A stretch of DNA of 52,078 nt, taken from assembly GCA_900547715.1 (NCBI GenBank), contig URHU01000001.1, positions 1 through 52,078 of the forward strand. Reading direction: 5' to 3'. The notes below the pieces were generated by a model. That model was not told the origin of the DNA. It saw only the letters and a list, made by a program, of their open reading frames with translations, and did not search any database. Positions within the stretch are counted from its first letter, which is position 1, and the number at the start of each line of letters is the position of its first letter. Both the position numbers and the translations under genes were made by a program. Below are positions 1-9,691 of this stretch, in pieces. This stretch comes from an uncultured Collinsella sp. Lineage in GTDB: Bacteria > Actinomycetota > Coriobacteriia > Coriobacteriales > Coriobacteriaceae.

Positions 1-25
1 AGCGTCAGATGTGTATAAGAGACAG
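1..25 (+). other. Untrimmed Nextera/Tn5 adapter (read-1 tail plus mosaic end); artefact
   Basis: AGCGTC-AGATGTGTATAAGAGACAG is the 3' part of the Nextera transposase adapter TCGTCGGCAGCGTCAGATGTGTATAAGAGACAG. Confidence 0.98.
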
Positions 26-806
26 GCATCGGAGGCGGCGGGGCGGGCGTCGGTGACAGCGTCCCCGTCTCCCCCGCCGCAACCACACGCTGCGTCCAAG
101 CCGGTATGGCGGCTTGTTCGGTCTGCGAGGCAGGCTCGTTCTGTGCAATCTGTTCACGCCTCATCAGCGACAACTCACCGCACCCGGCAAAGCCCTCAAC
201 TTCGTCGAGTTCATCCGCCAGATTCACGCCGTGCACGTATCCCATATCTACAGCCGGGGAGTCGCCAGCATGCTGCGCCGGCCCTCCAGCGTCATCGTAT
301 ACAAGGGGGTTCCGGGGGCGCCGACCATGCTCGGCTTCCGCTTTTCCATAATCATCAACACGCGGGCCTCTTGTAGCGCGAGGCGCCCCGGGTTCCCTAT
401 CAACAAAAGCATCGGGCTCAATCGTCATGCGCCGATCGGAATCAACCGCTCCCTCGCCCGCGCGCCCGTTGCCGCATATACTGTGCGCAGCGATGACCTC
501 GGTCGCCCCTGCGCGAAACAGCCCCTCGATATCCGACGGATCGAGTGCTTCTATCAACACGACCACGCGACTCACGCGGCCTTCGGCCGTCAGGCGCGCA
601 ACAGTCTTGCGCACATCTTCGGTATCAAACAGAGACGCCGCGATGATGGCAGCCCCGCGGCGCGACGGAAACGCCCGCGCCATGGAAATCAGCCCGTCCA
701 GGTCACCCACGCGAAGCACCTGTGCACCCGCATCACGGCCCTCGACCTCCCGCTGCAACAGCCCGTAATCGCCGCACGCGCAGCACGCAAGCCAGATCGC
801 CTTCAT
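26..806 (-). CDS. Probable Tad/Flp pilus CpaE/TadZ-like protein, N-terminal part (runs off the contig end)
   Basis: ATG at 806 overlaps the upstream cpaB stop (TGATG). The frame reads MKAIWLACCACGDYGLLQREVEG...VVVLIEALDPSDIEGLFRAGATEVI (degenerate receiver-like), then a low-complexity linker with no stop before the adapter. It is missing from the ORF track because it has no stop. Product inferred from position after cpaB. Confidence 0.55.
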
Positions 807-1465
807 CACTCGTCGCCTCCGCTCTTTTTGCCGCGCGCCGTGGCGGGAATCGTCAAGCTGACCGTTCCCTTGCCCGCTGCCCCCAGCAGTTCCTTGACGT
901 CTTCGGGGTCAGCCGCCAGCGTCACCCATTCGATCTTGCCCTCGCGCGTGGCACCGGAATCTTCACTGGTATCGATCACGTACGCGCCGCACAGCCAATC
1001 GGTTACGCCGTCTTTTTGCACATACACATCCACGTAGCTGCCCACACCCGTAGCACCGCCGACCGAGTGCTCGGCATCGACCGCCACCGAAACGGCGACC
1101 TTGCCCTTAGGCACCTCGAGCTTGTGGCTCTCGGCCTTGGTGTAGACATTGCAGATCACGGCGTTTTTGGGAATACGCGAAGTCGTCACGTCGCCGCGCA
1201 CCTGGCGCAGCTCGGTCGCCGCGTCACGCGGCAGCAGACTTGTCAGCCATTCCTGGGTTATGACATTGGTCTCATCGAGGGTCTCGCCCACATCGATATC
1301 GCGCGCCGCGACGCATACCTCGACGCGATCGCCACCGTACTTGGCCAAGGTCTCAGCCTGGACCTGTTCGGCTTGCGAGCGGATCGACGAGCCGTAAACC
1401 ATGCAGAGCAGAGCAGCGAGCACGCCCGCGACCAGACTGATGGCGATGCGTTTGCTCTTGTTCAC
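806..1465 (-). CDS. cpaB: Flp pilus assembly protein CpaB/RcpC (SAF domain)
   Basis: N-terminal TM helix, SAF motif VCVAARDIDVGETL, CpaB-type C-terminus VPKGKVAVSVAVDAEHSVGG...GSYVDV. GTG start at 1465 with GAGAGGAG RBS. Confidence 0.85.
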   Translation of the reverse strand: MNKSKRIAISLVAGVLAALLCMVYGSSIRSQAEQVQAETLAKYGGDRVEVCVAARDIDVGETLDETNVITQEWLTSLLPRDAATELRQVRGDVTTSRIPKNAVICNVYTKAESHKLEVPKGKVAVSVAVDAEHSVGGATGVGSYVDVYVQKDGVTDWLCGAYVIDTSEDSGATREGKIEWVTLAADPEDVKELLGAAGKGTVSLTIPATARGKKSGGDE

Positions 1466-1665
1466 GGCCGCTCCTCTCATGGCAGTGCCGGGCGAATGCC
1501 CGTACCACCATTGTCTGGGCGGCCAGAGTGCAAAGCGGCGCAATCGCAATCTTGGTTTTCGATGTCAAACCAATCGCTGACCAAAAGCTGACCAGCCCGT
1601 CAAGCTCGTGGCAAGGTTTTGGTCAGCACGTCAGCAAACTGCATGTTTCGAGGCTTTTCCGCAGC

Positions 1666-1700
1666 AAAAAAGCCGTCTCCCGAACAGTTGGGAGACGGCT
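1666..1700 (-). terminator. Intrinsic terminator after rsgA
   Basis: AGCCGTCTCCC/GGGAGACGGCT stem followed by a T-run on the minus strand. Confidence 0.85.
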
Positions 1701-1717
1701 GTCATAGGAAAAATCAA

Positions 1718-2902
1718 TTACAGATGGACATCGGGATCGAGCATTTGAGCGCTCACGCGCATGGATGACGCCAGGTTTTGGAACGTTTCCAGACGCAGGC
1801 TGTCAATCTGCCCGGCGTCCTCGGCCTCGCGAACGGCGCAACCCGGCTCATGGACATGCGTGCAATCGCCAAACCGGCACGCACGCGATGCCTCGACAAT
1901 CTCGGGGAAGGCGCGCGCCAGACCCCGCTCATGTCCCACGAGCGGCAAACTGCGCAGACCCGGGGCATCGGCGATCACGCCGGCGTCGCCCGGCAGCGCC
2001 ACCATCACGCGCGCGACGGTAGTGTGACGGCCCTGGTCGTCGCGTTCGCGCACACCGCCGGTCGCCAACGTATCGTGGCCCAGCAGTGCATTGAGCAGCG
2101 TCGACTTGCCGGCACCCGACTCGCCCAGAATCATGGCGCAGCTCCCGGCAGGCACGCAGGCACGGACCTCGTCCAGGCCGCGGCCCTCGGCAGAGGACGT
2201 CACGATCACGCGCACGTCCGGACCCACCAGGCGGCGCACGCGGTCCAGATCGCGCTCGAGCTCCTCGGCATCGCAACGGTCAGCTTTGGTGAGTACCACC
2301 ACCGGTTCGGCATCGCAGTCGAGCGCCAACACCAGCGAGCGCGCCACACGGTCGAGCAGCACCTCGCCGGCACCGAGCGCCTGCACGATTAGCACGCTAT
2401 CCACGTTGGAGCAGAGCACCTGGCGCTCTCCGCGGGCACGGCCGCGCCAACGCTCAAAGCTCGTACGGCGCGGCAGCACGCACTCAATCACGCCCATATC
2501 GTGCCCGGGAGCGCGGCGCACCGCCACACGATCGCCCACGGCAGGCAGCAGGACCTCGTCCCCACCGCGCGACTTGGCAAATCCCACGGCATGCTCGGCG
2601 CGGAAGGTATCGTCGGCAGTCGCCACCAGCGGAAACCCACGATCCAAGCGCACCACGGCGCCAAGCTGCATCTGCTCGGGCTCCTCGGCATGTGCGCAGA
2701 AATCATCAAAGGCAGCCTGCTGAGCTTCATCGACCGGCAGGTCATCAAACGCCGGAACATCCTGCAGCGCGTCGAGTCCCGGCACGCTTGCCAGCAGCTC
2801 CTCAGCAGCTGCGGGAGCCTCGGTCGCGAGCTTCCGACGACGATCGCGCTTAGCCCGCGCCCCCGTCGTCTTTTTCTTCGCTTTAGCCTTAGCCTTGCCC
2901 AC
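1718..2902 (-). CDS. rsgA: Ribosome small subunit-dependent GTPase A
   Basis: Circularly permuted GTPase motifs TKAD, GESGAGKS, GRHTT, DAPG and Zn finger CRFGDCTHVHEPGC. GTG start at 2902 with GGGAGG RBS. Confidence 0.93.
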   Translation of the reverse strand: MGKAKAKAKKKTTGARAKRDRRRKLATEAPAAAEELLASVPGLDALQDVPAFDDLPVDEAQQAAFDDFCAHAEEPEQMQLGAVVRLDRGFPLVATADDTFRAEHAVGFAKSRGGDEVLLPAVGDRVAVRRAPGHDMGVIECVLPRRTSFERWRGRARGERQVLCSNVDSVLIVQALGAGEVLLDRVARSLVLALDCDAEPVVVLTKADRCDAEELERDLDRVRRLVGPDVRVIVTSSAEGRGLDEVRACVPAGSCAMILGESGAGKSTLLNALLGHDTLATGGVRERDDQGRHTTVARVMVALPGDAGVIADAPGLRSLPLVGHERGLARAFPEIVEASRACRFGDCTHVHEPGCAVREAEDAGQIDSLRLETFQNLASSMRVSAQMLDPDVHL

Positions 2903-3047
2903 AGATGCCTCCCAGCACAAAACCACACAACTGAGCAGGTATTTTACCCACAAAAAAGAGTCGGTCGAGCAAACGCTCGACCGACTCACATACTTTCCCT
3001 CAGCCCTTTTTCATCCGCGCGGGAGAAAAGCCAGTAAGGATACCGTA

Positions 3048-3136
3048 GGGCCCACCCCGGGAGTGTTTTCTTCTGAGCGATCCCGCAGCGCGAAGCGCGA
3101 GGACCAGCGAAGAAGAAAACACGCAGGGGCGGGCCC
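3048..3136. repeat. Long imperfect intergenic palindrome (REP-like) with GCGC-GAA-GCGC apex
   Basis: Arms GGGCCCACCCC...TGTTTTCTTCT / AGAAGAAAACA...GGGGCGGGCCC. Confidence 0.7.
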
Positions 3137-3148
3137 GGACAGGTTAAC

Positions 3149-5830
3149 TTACTCCTTCTCGACCGCGCGCATGATCGCCTTGTAGATCTCCATCAGCGGG
3201 ATGATCAGGAAGGCCAGGCCCAGGGCAGCGACAACGCCCTTGAGCTCAAGCGTCACGGGGCCAAAGAACATCTCGGCAAGCGTCGGCTGCACGGTCACAA
3301 TCACCGTCAGCACCAGCGCCAGCGCGGCGGAAGCCCACAGCCACTTGTTCTGCTTCTTCATGGTGAACAGCGACGCACGACGGCTGCGCATATTGAAGCA
3401 GTGGAAAATCTCGACCATGTTGAGCGTGATGAACGCCATCATCACGCCTTCCTCGTCGGCATTGCCGGCGATCATATCGGCGATATGGATGTAGCCCATG
3501 TCAAAGTACACGCCCACAAAGAAGCTCGCCAGCACCAGCACGGTGATGATTAGGCCCTGGACCACACAGTCCAGGCCCATATGTCCGGCAAAGACACCGT
3601 CCTTGGCGTTGCGCGGCTTGCGCTTCATGATGTCGCCCTCGGCGTCCTCCATGCCCAGCGCGAGCGCAGGGAAGCAGTCGGTAACCAGGTTCACCCACAG
3701 CAGCTGCACCGGCTGGAAGATGGTAAAGCCGATGAGCGTGGCGATAAACACCGAGAATACCTCGGCAAGGTTGGCCGAAAGCAGGAACTGGATGACCTTG
3801 CGGATGTTGTCGTAGATGCGACGGCCCTCTTCGCAGGCACCGATGATGGTGGCGAAGTTGTCGTCGGCAAGTACCATGTCGGCGACGTTCTTGGTGACAT
3901 CGGTACCGGTGATGCCCATGCCCACGCCGATGTCGGCGCGCTTGATGGACGGAGCGTCGTTGACGCCGTCGCCCGTCATGGCCACGATCTGGTCGCGCGA
4001 CTTCCAAGCCTCGACGATGCGGGTCTTGTGCTCGGGCTGGACGCGGGCGTACACGCCGTAGTCCTCGATGTGCGCGTCGAGCTCCTCGTCGCTCATGCGA
4101 TCGAGGTCGGCACCGGTGATGGCCTGGCTGCGATCGGCGACGATGCCCAGCTGCTTGGCGATGGCCACGGCGGTGTCGATGTGGTCGCCCGTGATCATGA
4201 CGGTGCGGATACCAGCGTCGTGGGCCTCGCGGATGGCTTCGGCGACCTCGGGGCGGACAGGGTCAATCATGCCGGACAGGCCGCAGAAGACCAGGTCGTG
4301 CTCGAGCGCAGCGGGGCTGCAGTCGCTCGGGACCTCGGTGTAGGTGCGGCTTGCCAGCGCCAGCACGCGCAGAGCCTCGTCGGCCATGGCCTTGTTGGCG
4401 GCCACGAGCTCGGTGCGACGCTCCTCGGTCAGCGGGACGACCTTTTCGCCCTCGTAGATATGGGTGCACAGCCCGATCACCACGTCGGGCGCGCCCTTGG
4501 TGTACTGCTCATACTCGCCGTCCAGGGTCTCGACGACCACGGACATCATCTTGCGGCCCGAGTCGAACGGGGCCTCGCCCACGCGCGGGTGCTCGGCAGT
4601 CAGGCCAGTGAGGCCCGCCTTGCCGGCGTCGTTGACGAGCGCGCACTCAGTCGGCTCGCCCACGGCCTCGCCCAAGTCCTCGTCCCACTGGGCATCGGAG
4701 CACAGCGCCATACCGGCCAGGAACTTCTCCTTGGGCGCGGCGAGCTCGTGCTTGACGACGGTCATCTTGTTCTGGGTGAGGGTACCGGTCTTGTCGGAGC
4801 AGATGGTCTGCGTGCAGCCAAGGGTCTCGACGGCAGAGAGCTTGCGGATGATTGCCTGGCGCTTGGCCATCTTGGTCACACCAAGCGACAGCACGATGGT
4901 CACGACGGCGACCAGGCCCTCGGGGATGGCAGCGACGGCGAGCGAGACGGCGACCATAAAGGTATCGAGCAGGGCGGTCGGGTCGGTAAGAACGTTGCCC
5001 ACGCCGTGGCGGATGATATCAACGCCAAAGATGACGACGCAGATGACGATAACCATGATGGTGAGGATGCGGCTGAGCTCGGCAAGCTTCACCTGCAGCG
5101 GCGTGAGCTCTTCCTTGGCATCGGCCAGGGCGCCGGCGATCTTACCCATCTCGGTGTTCATGCCGGTGCCGACCACGACGGCGCGGCCGCGGCCGTATAC
5201 CACGGTGGAACCCATGTAGCACATGTTCTTGCGGTCGCCGAGCGGCACGTCGTCGGTGCCGGCGACGAGCTCGATTACGTTGGCATGCTTCTCGACGGGC
5301 ACGGACTCGCCGGTAAGGGCGGCCTCCTCGATCTTCATTGTGGCGCTCTCGAGCACGCGGCAGTCGGCCGGGACGGAGTCGCCCGCCTCGAGCATGATCA
5401 CATCGCCAGGCACGAGCTCGGCGCTCGGCAGGTGCACGAGCTTGCCGTCGCGCAGCACCTTGGACTGCGCGGCGCTCATCTCCTGCAATGCCTCGAGAGC
5501 TTCCTCGCTCTTGGCCTCCTGAACCACGCCCAGCACCGAGTTGACGATAACGACGAACATGATGATGGCGACGTCGGCAAAGTCCGCCTCACCCTTGACC
5601 ATGCCCGTGAGTGCACTGATGACGGCGGCAACGATCAGCATGATGACCATGGGGTCGGCCATCTGCTCAAAGAAGCGCTTCCACAACGGTGTCTTCTCTG
5701 CTTCCTCGAGCTTGTTAGGGCCTGTCTTGGCGAGGCGCGACGACGCCTCGTCGTTGCTCAGGCCGAGGTTCTCATCGACACCCTGGTCGCTGAGCACCTC
5801 CGCCGCGGCGGACAGGTATTCCTTTTGCAT
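3149..5830 (-). CDS. Cation-transporting P-type ATPase (P2A, Ca2+-type)
   Basis: TGES, PEGL, CSDKTGTLT, KGAPD, GDGVND motifs and QLLWVNLVTD in TM6. Confidence 0.92.
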   Translation of the reverse strand: MQKEYLSAAAEVLSDQGVDENLGLSNDEASSRLAKTGPNKLEEAEKTPLWKRFFEQMADPMVIMLIVAAVISALTGMVKGEADFADVAIIMFVVIVNSVLGVVQEAKSEEALEALQEMSAAQSKVLRDGKLVHLPSAELVPGDVIMLEAGDSVPADCRVLESATMKIEEAALTGESVPVEKHANVIELVAGTDDVPLGDRKNMCYMGSTVVYGRGRAVVVGTGMNTEMGKIAGALADAKEELTPLQVKLAELSRILTIMVIVICVVIFGVDIIRHGVGNVLTDPTALLDTFMVAVSLAVAAIPEGLVAVVTIVLSLGVTKMAKRQAIIRKLSAVETLGCTQTICSDKTGTLTQNKMTVVKHELAAPKEKFLAGMALCSDAQWDEDLGEAVGEPTECALVNDAGKAGLTGLTAEHPRVGEAPFDSGRKMMSVVVETLDGEYEQYTKGAPDVVIGLCTHIYEGEKVVPLTEERRTELVAANKAMADEALRVLALASRTYTEVPSDCSPAALEHDLVFCGLSGMIDPVRPEVAEAIREAHDAGIRTVMITGDHIDTAVAIAKQLGIVADRSQAITGADLDRMSDEELDAHIEDYGVYARVQPEHKTRIVEAWKSRDQIVAMTGDGVNDAPSIKRADIGVGMGITGTDVTKNVADMVLADDNFATIIGACEEGRRIYDNIRKVIQFLLSANLAEVFSVFIATLIGFTIFQPVQLLWVNLVTDCFPALALGMEDAEGDIMKRKPRNAKDGVFAGHMGLDCVVQGLIITVLVLASFFVGVYFDMGYIHIADMIAGNADEEGVMMAFITLNMVEIFHCFNMRSRRASLFTMKKQNKWLWASAALALVLTVIVTVQPTLAEMFFGPVTLELKGVVAALGLAFLIIPLMEIYKAIMRAVEKE

Positions 5831-5840
5831 ATAGAGTCCC

Positions 5841-5945
5841 CTCCTGGGATTCGGGCCACTCAGCAGATTGATGCCCGATCATAATTCCCAGGAGAAGGGC
5901 AAGGGCTCATCAAGGCTGCCGTGCTGAGCGGCAGTTGATAGTGGA
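5841..5945 (-). promoter_or_regulatory. Structured 5' leader with RBS-sequestering hairpin (candidate riboswitch)
   Basis: CUCCUGGGA/UCCCAGGAG stem covers the AGGAG RBS. The loop CUCAGCA of an upstream hairpin is complementary to UGCUGAG in the loop of the RBS hairpin. Confidence 0.55.
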
Positions 5946-6272
5946 GCTATGGTACCCCAAAGCGGCGCGTCTAGCCAAAACATTCCAATTGGAAACACGG
6001 CTCGAGTGCAACGGTGCAGACCGTGTGATGCTCAATGTTGGTAAAACGTTTTTTCTTCGGCACTTCGTCAAACTGAAATATCGCCCAGATAGCAGCGGTA
6101 AGAGCAGTTGGTAAAATTTTTGCATATACCGTTTTTCCCGCAAAAAATGAACTTCTTAATCGGCATACGGTCGTTTTTTTGGGGTATTCGGTCGGTATTT
6201 CGTTATAATCAACTCGATTTTATTTCTTATGGTTTATCTATCAGCGCAAGACGATGTCAGATGGAGGTCTGA

Positions 6273-7733
6273 ATGTACAAGCGCACCAAGATTGTATGCA
6301 CCATGGGTCCCGCCTGCGATAGCGACGAGACCATCCGCGAGATGATCAAGGCGGGCATGAACGTCGCCCGTTTTAACTTCTCGCACGGCTCCTACGACGA
6401 GCACCACGGTCGCATCGAGCGTGTCCGTCGTATTTCCAAGGAGCTCGGTCTGCCTGTCGGCATCCTGCTCGACACCAAGGGCCCCGAGGTCCGCACCGGT
6501 CTTCTGGTCGACGGCAAGAAGGTTGCCGTCAAGACCGGCGACAAGATCGTCGTCACTGCTCAGCCCACGTCCGAGGATTTCCACGGCACCGCCGAGCACA
6601 TCTCCCTCGACTACCTGGCTCTGCCCTCCGAAGTCGAGAAGGGCTCCCTCATCCTGATTGATGACGGCCTGGTTGCCCTCGAGGTCGAGTCCGTCAGCGG
6701 CCAGGACATGACCTGCGTCGTCAAGAATGACGGCCTGATCGGCGAGCGCAAGGGCGTCAACATGCCCAACGTCAACATCTCGCTGCCCGCCATCACCGAG
6801 CGCGATCGTCAGGACATCCTCTTTGGCCTGACCGAGAACATCGACTACATCGCCGCTTCCTTCATCCGTGACGGCGAGTCCGTCCGCGGCATTCGCAAGC
6901 TTTGCCGCGAGAACGGTGGCGAGCACGTGACAATCTTCCCGAAGATCGAGTGCGCCCTGGGCGTCGAGAACTTCGACGAGATCCTCGAGGCTTCCGACGG
7001 CATCATGGTCGCCCGTGGCGACCTGGGCATCGAGATCAAGCCCGAGCTCGTTCCGCACATCCAGAAGGAGATCATCGCTAAGTGCAACGCGGCCTACAAG
7101 CCCGTTATCACCGCTACGCAGATGCTCGACTCCATGCAGCAGAACCCGCGCCCGACGCGCGCCGAGGTTGCCGACGTTGCTAACGCCATTTACGACGGCA
7201 CCGACGCCGTTATGCTCTCTGGCGAGTCCGCTGCCGGTAAGTACCCGGTCGAGGCCGTCAAGATGCAGGCCAGCATTGCTCTCGAGACTGAGAAGTACCT
7301 CCCGGCTCACGCTCCGCTCGAGGTTCCGGCTGACGCTCACGGCACCCGCGTCGTCAACAACGTTGTGGGTATGTCCGCTGTGAACATGGCTACCACCGTT
7401 GGCGCCAAGTGCATCACCGTGCCGACGACCACCGGTCGTACCGCTCGCCTGATCTCGCACTTCCGTCCCAACATGCCGATCTGCGCGTTCTCCCGCCACG
7501 AGTGGGCCGTCCAGCAGATGATTATGTACTGGGGCGTTATCCCGCACCAGGCCGAGATTACCCAGGGCACCGTCAACGGCACGATCGTCAAGGCGATCGA
7601 GACCGCTAAGGAGCTCGGCTACGTCAAGGCCGGCGATCTGACCGTCGCTACCGCTGGCGATCCCCGCATGAGCGTCCAGCTCGAGGATAAGGTCTCCTCG
7701 ACCAACGTCGCTTACGTCGCTCAGGTGCGCTAA
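6273..7733 (+). CDS. pyk: Pyruvate kinase
   Basis: KRTKIVCTMGP, ARFNFSHG, LLDTKGPEVR, MVARGDLG, ATQMLDSM, MLSGESA. Confidence 0.98.
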   Translation: MYKRTKIVCTMGPACDSDETIREMIKAGMNVARFNFSHGSYDEHHGRIERVRRISKELGLPVGILLDTKGPEVRTGLLVDGKKVAVKTGDKIVVTAQPTSEDFHGTAEHISLDYLALPSEVEKGSLILIDDGLVALEVESVSGQDMTCVVKNDGLIGERKGVNMPNVNISLPAITERDRQDILFGLTENIDYIAASFIRDGESVRGIRKLCRENGGEHVTIFPKIECALGVENFDEILEASDGIMVARGDLGIEIKPELVPHIQKEIIAKCNAAYKPVITATQMLDSMQQNPRPTRAEVADVANAIYDGTDAVMLSGESAAGKYPVEAVKMQASIALETEKYLPAHAPLEVPADAHGTRVVNNVVGMSAVNMATTVGAKCITVPTTTGRTARLISHFRPNMPICAFSRHEWAVQQMIMYWGVIPHQAEITQGTVNGTIVKAIETAKELGYVKAGDLTVATAGDPRMSVQLEDKVSSTNVAYVAQVR

Positions 7734-7761
7734 ATCGTACTTGCGAGCAAATTTGCATTGC

Positions 7762-7798
7762 AAGGGGCCCGGAAGGCATTGCCTTCCGGGCCCCTTTT
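7762..7798 (+). terminator. Intrinsic terminator after pyk
   Basis: AAGGGGCCCGGAAGGC/GCCTTCCGGGCCCCTT perfect stem followed by Ts. Confidence 0.85.
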
Positions 7799-7945
7799 CC
7801 GTGCGCCGATGTCTACTGTATGGCATGACACGCAACCAACTGCTTATGGCATGCTATGAGATGTGCAGCTCGTTTGCCGTGTTTACGCCATGCGACGGAA
7901 GCTGTTGATCAATTGGGGTGAGCTATTCACTGCCAAGCCGGCCGG

Positions 7946-8794
7946 CTAGCAGCTAGCGATCAGAGGGACTGCGGGGACGTCCGAAGCGGCAACGCGAGCC
8001 GCAAAGCCCGCCTCGGTCAGCTCGATGACCTCGGTAAACGTTGCGTCGAAGAATTTCTCGGTCAGCAGGCGGTATGGCGGATGGTCGGGCTCGCCGGGGT
8101 TTTCGCGCACGATCTCGTGCATAACGCCGATGGTCTTGAGCACATACTCCTTATGGATGGGATACTGCCCAAAACGCGTCGCCGCAGTATACAGGCGATC
8201 GGTCGCGCGCGGAATCGAAACAATGCCGAGCGTCTTGCCGAACCAGTCAAAGTCGCCTTGCTTTTTAATGCGGAACTCCTCGCACGGCTTGCCGCCGTGC
8301 GCCTCCAGGTACTGATTCACGCGCGTATTCCATACGGTATCGGCCACCAGATGCGACCAGACGCCCAGTGTCAAATCGAGCAACGACTGAGCCACGTCCT
8401 CGGACGCAAGCGAGAACTCACGAGCGCCGGGACCGGCAACCGGCTCGGCATCCTTGTAGCGCTGGGGATAGTGCACGCGATTCAGTCGCTCGCGCTCCTC
8501 GATAATCGAGGTCGCCGCGGCTGGCGCACCAGTGGGCGAGCTTTTAAGCAACGGTGCCACATAGGTATCCCAGAACTCATGCTCACGAGGCTTAGGGATA
8601 GGCTCGGGCTTTGCAAAGTGCGTAATGCGGTACGGGATGGGATCGGCGATGCCAGGGACCATATAGCCCACGAAGATATCCGGAACCACGCAGCCAAACA
8701 AAAAGGCATTGCGGTCGCGCACGCTATTGGCAAGCGCACCAGTGCGCTCCAGCAAACGCTCCGTCTGAGCGATATGAATGTTCCAGCTTGGCAT
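7946..8794 (-). CDS. Zinc-dependent phospholipase C-family / metal-dependent hydrolase-like protein
   Basis: MPSWNIH, GCVVPD, THF and GVWSHLVAD motifs resemble the Zn_dep_PLPC family. ATG at 8794. Confidence 0.65.
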   Translation of the reverse strand: MPSWNIHIAQTERLLERTGALANSVRDRNAFLFGCVVPDIFVGYMVPGIADPIPYRITHFAKPEPIPKPREHEFWDTYVAPLLKSSPTGAPAAATSIIEERERLNRVHYPQRYKDAEPVAGPGAREFSLASEDVAQSLLDLTLGVWSHLVADTVWNTRVNQYLEAHGGKPCEEFRIKKQGDFDWFGKTLGIVSIPRATDRLYTAATRFGQYPIHKEYVLKTIGVMHEIVRENPGEPDHPPYRLLTEKFFDATFTEVIELTEAGFAARVAASDVPAVPLIASC

Positions 8795-8874
8795 AGCCAC
8801 CCCCATAAAAAACCTGGATAACTATACCATCACGGCAAAGCCGCGCAGGCGGCTACGCACGCTCTACGCAGCAA

Positions 8875-9669
8875 CTAGTCCGTAGCACCGCTTTCGGTTC
8901 CATACGACGGCGAAGGCGCCTCGACCACATGGTGATATCGATCGATATAGATTGCACGGGCACCCAGGCATCGCACCAAATCCTGGTGATGCGTGCTCAT
9001 CAAGACCGTCTTACCCGCCGCGACGTAGGCCAGCAAGAAGTTGACCACGATGTCGCATGAATCCTCGTCGAGCCCATTGGTGGGTTCGTCGAGAACCAAG
9101 ATATCGGGGTTCATCGATACGACTGCCGCCAGCGCCACACGCTTCTTTTGCCCGCCCGAAAGCTGATAGGGCGAGGCATCGACCAGGTCGGCAACTTGAA
9201 ACAGTTCCATGGCATCGTGCACGCGACGGTCGAGCTCGTCTGCCGGCAGCCCCATCTGCGCGGGACCAAAAGCAACTTCCTCGCCCACCGTGGCGCAGAA
9301 CAGCTGGGCATCGGCGTTTTGGAATACGAAGCCCACGCGCTGGTGGAACTTCTGAGCAGCAGCAGAATCCTTCAGATACGCCGCATCGACCACGTGCCCG
9401 TCAAACAGGTATGCCCCTGCGTCCGCGAGTTCAAGGCCGTTAATAAGACGCATAATCGTCGTCTTGCCGCAGCCGTTGGGACCGAGCAGGGCAACGAGTT
9501 CACCACGATCGACCTGCAGCGAAACGCCATCGACAACCGTATGACCCGTATAGGAAAACACCACGTCGCGCAGCTCAATGAGCGGAACGACCTCGGCGCC
9601 GCCCACACCGTTCGTGCCCGCCGCACTATTCATATCGATCGTCAAAACGTCGCCCTTCCCCATTTGCAT
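8875..9669 (-). CDS. cbiO: ECF transporter ATPase (NikO/CbiO)
   Basis: GPNGCGKT, VFQNADAQLF, LSGGQKKR, LDEPT. Start is approximate. Confidence 0.9.
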   Translation of the reverse strand: MQMGKGDVLTIDMNSAAGTNGVGGAEVVPLIELRDVVFSYTGHTVVDGVSLQVDRGELVALLGPNGCGKTTIMRLINGLELADAGAYLFDGHVVDAAYLKDSAAAQKFHQRVGFVFQNADAQLFCATVGEEVAFGPAQMGLPADELDRRVHDAMELFQVADLVDASPYQLSGGQKKRVALAAVVSMNPDILVLDEPTNGLDEDSCDIVVNFLLAYVAAGKTVLMSTHHQDLVRCLGARAIYIDRYHHVVEAPSPSYGTESGATD

Positions 9670-9691
9670 CCCCAGTCGGAACCAGCAGCGC

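Noticed and set aside
11..376. MYKRQ... ORF (and 51830..52045 on the minus strand)
   Set aside because: It starts inside the adapter and is antisense to real genes.
1577..1635. GCTGACCA repeats and hairpin upstream of cpaB
   Set aside because: Too short and irregular for a CRISPR or a defined operator.
3581..5884. Long antisense ORFs (also 6234..7835, 13010..14314, 19257..21479, 31002..33203, 43444..45165)
   Set aside because: Shadow frames opposite well-supported genes, expected from high GC3 codon bias; no recognisable motifs.
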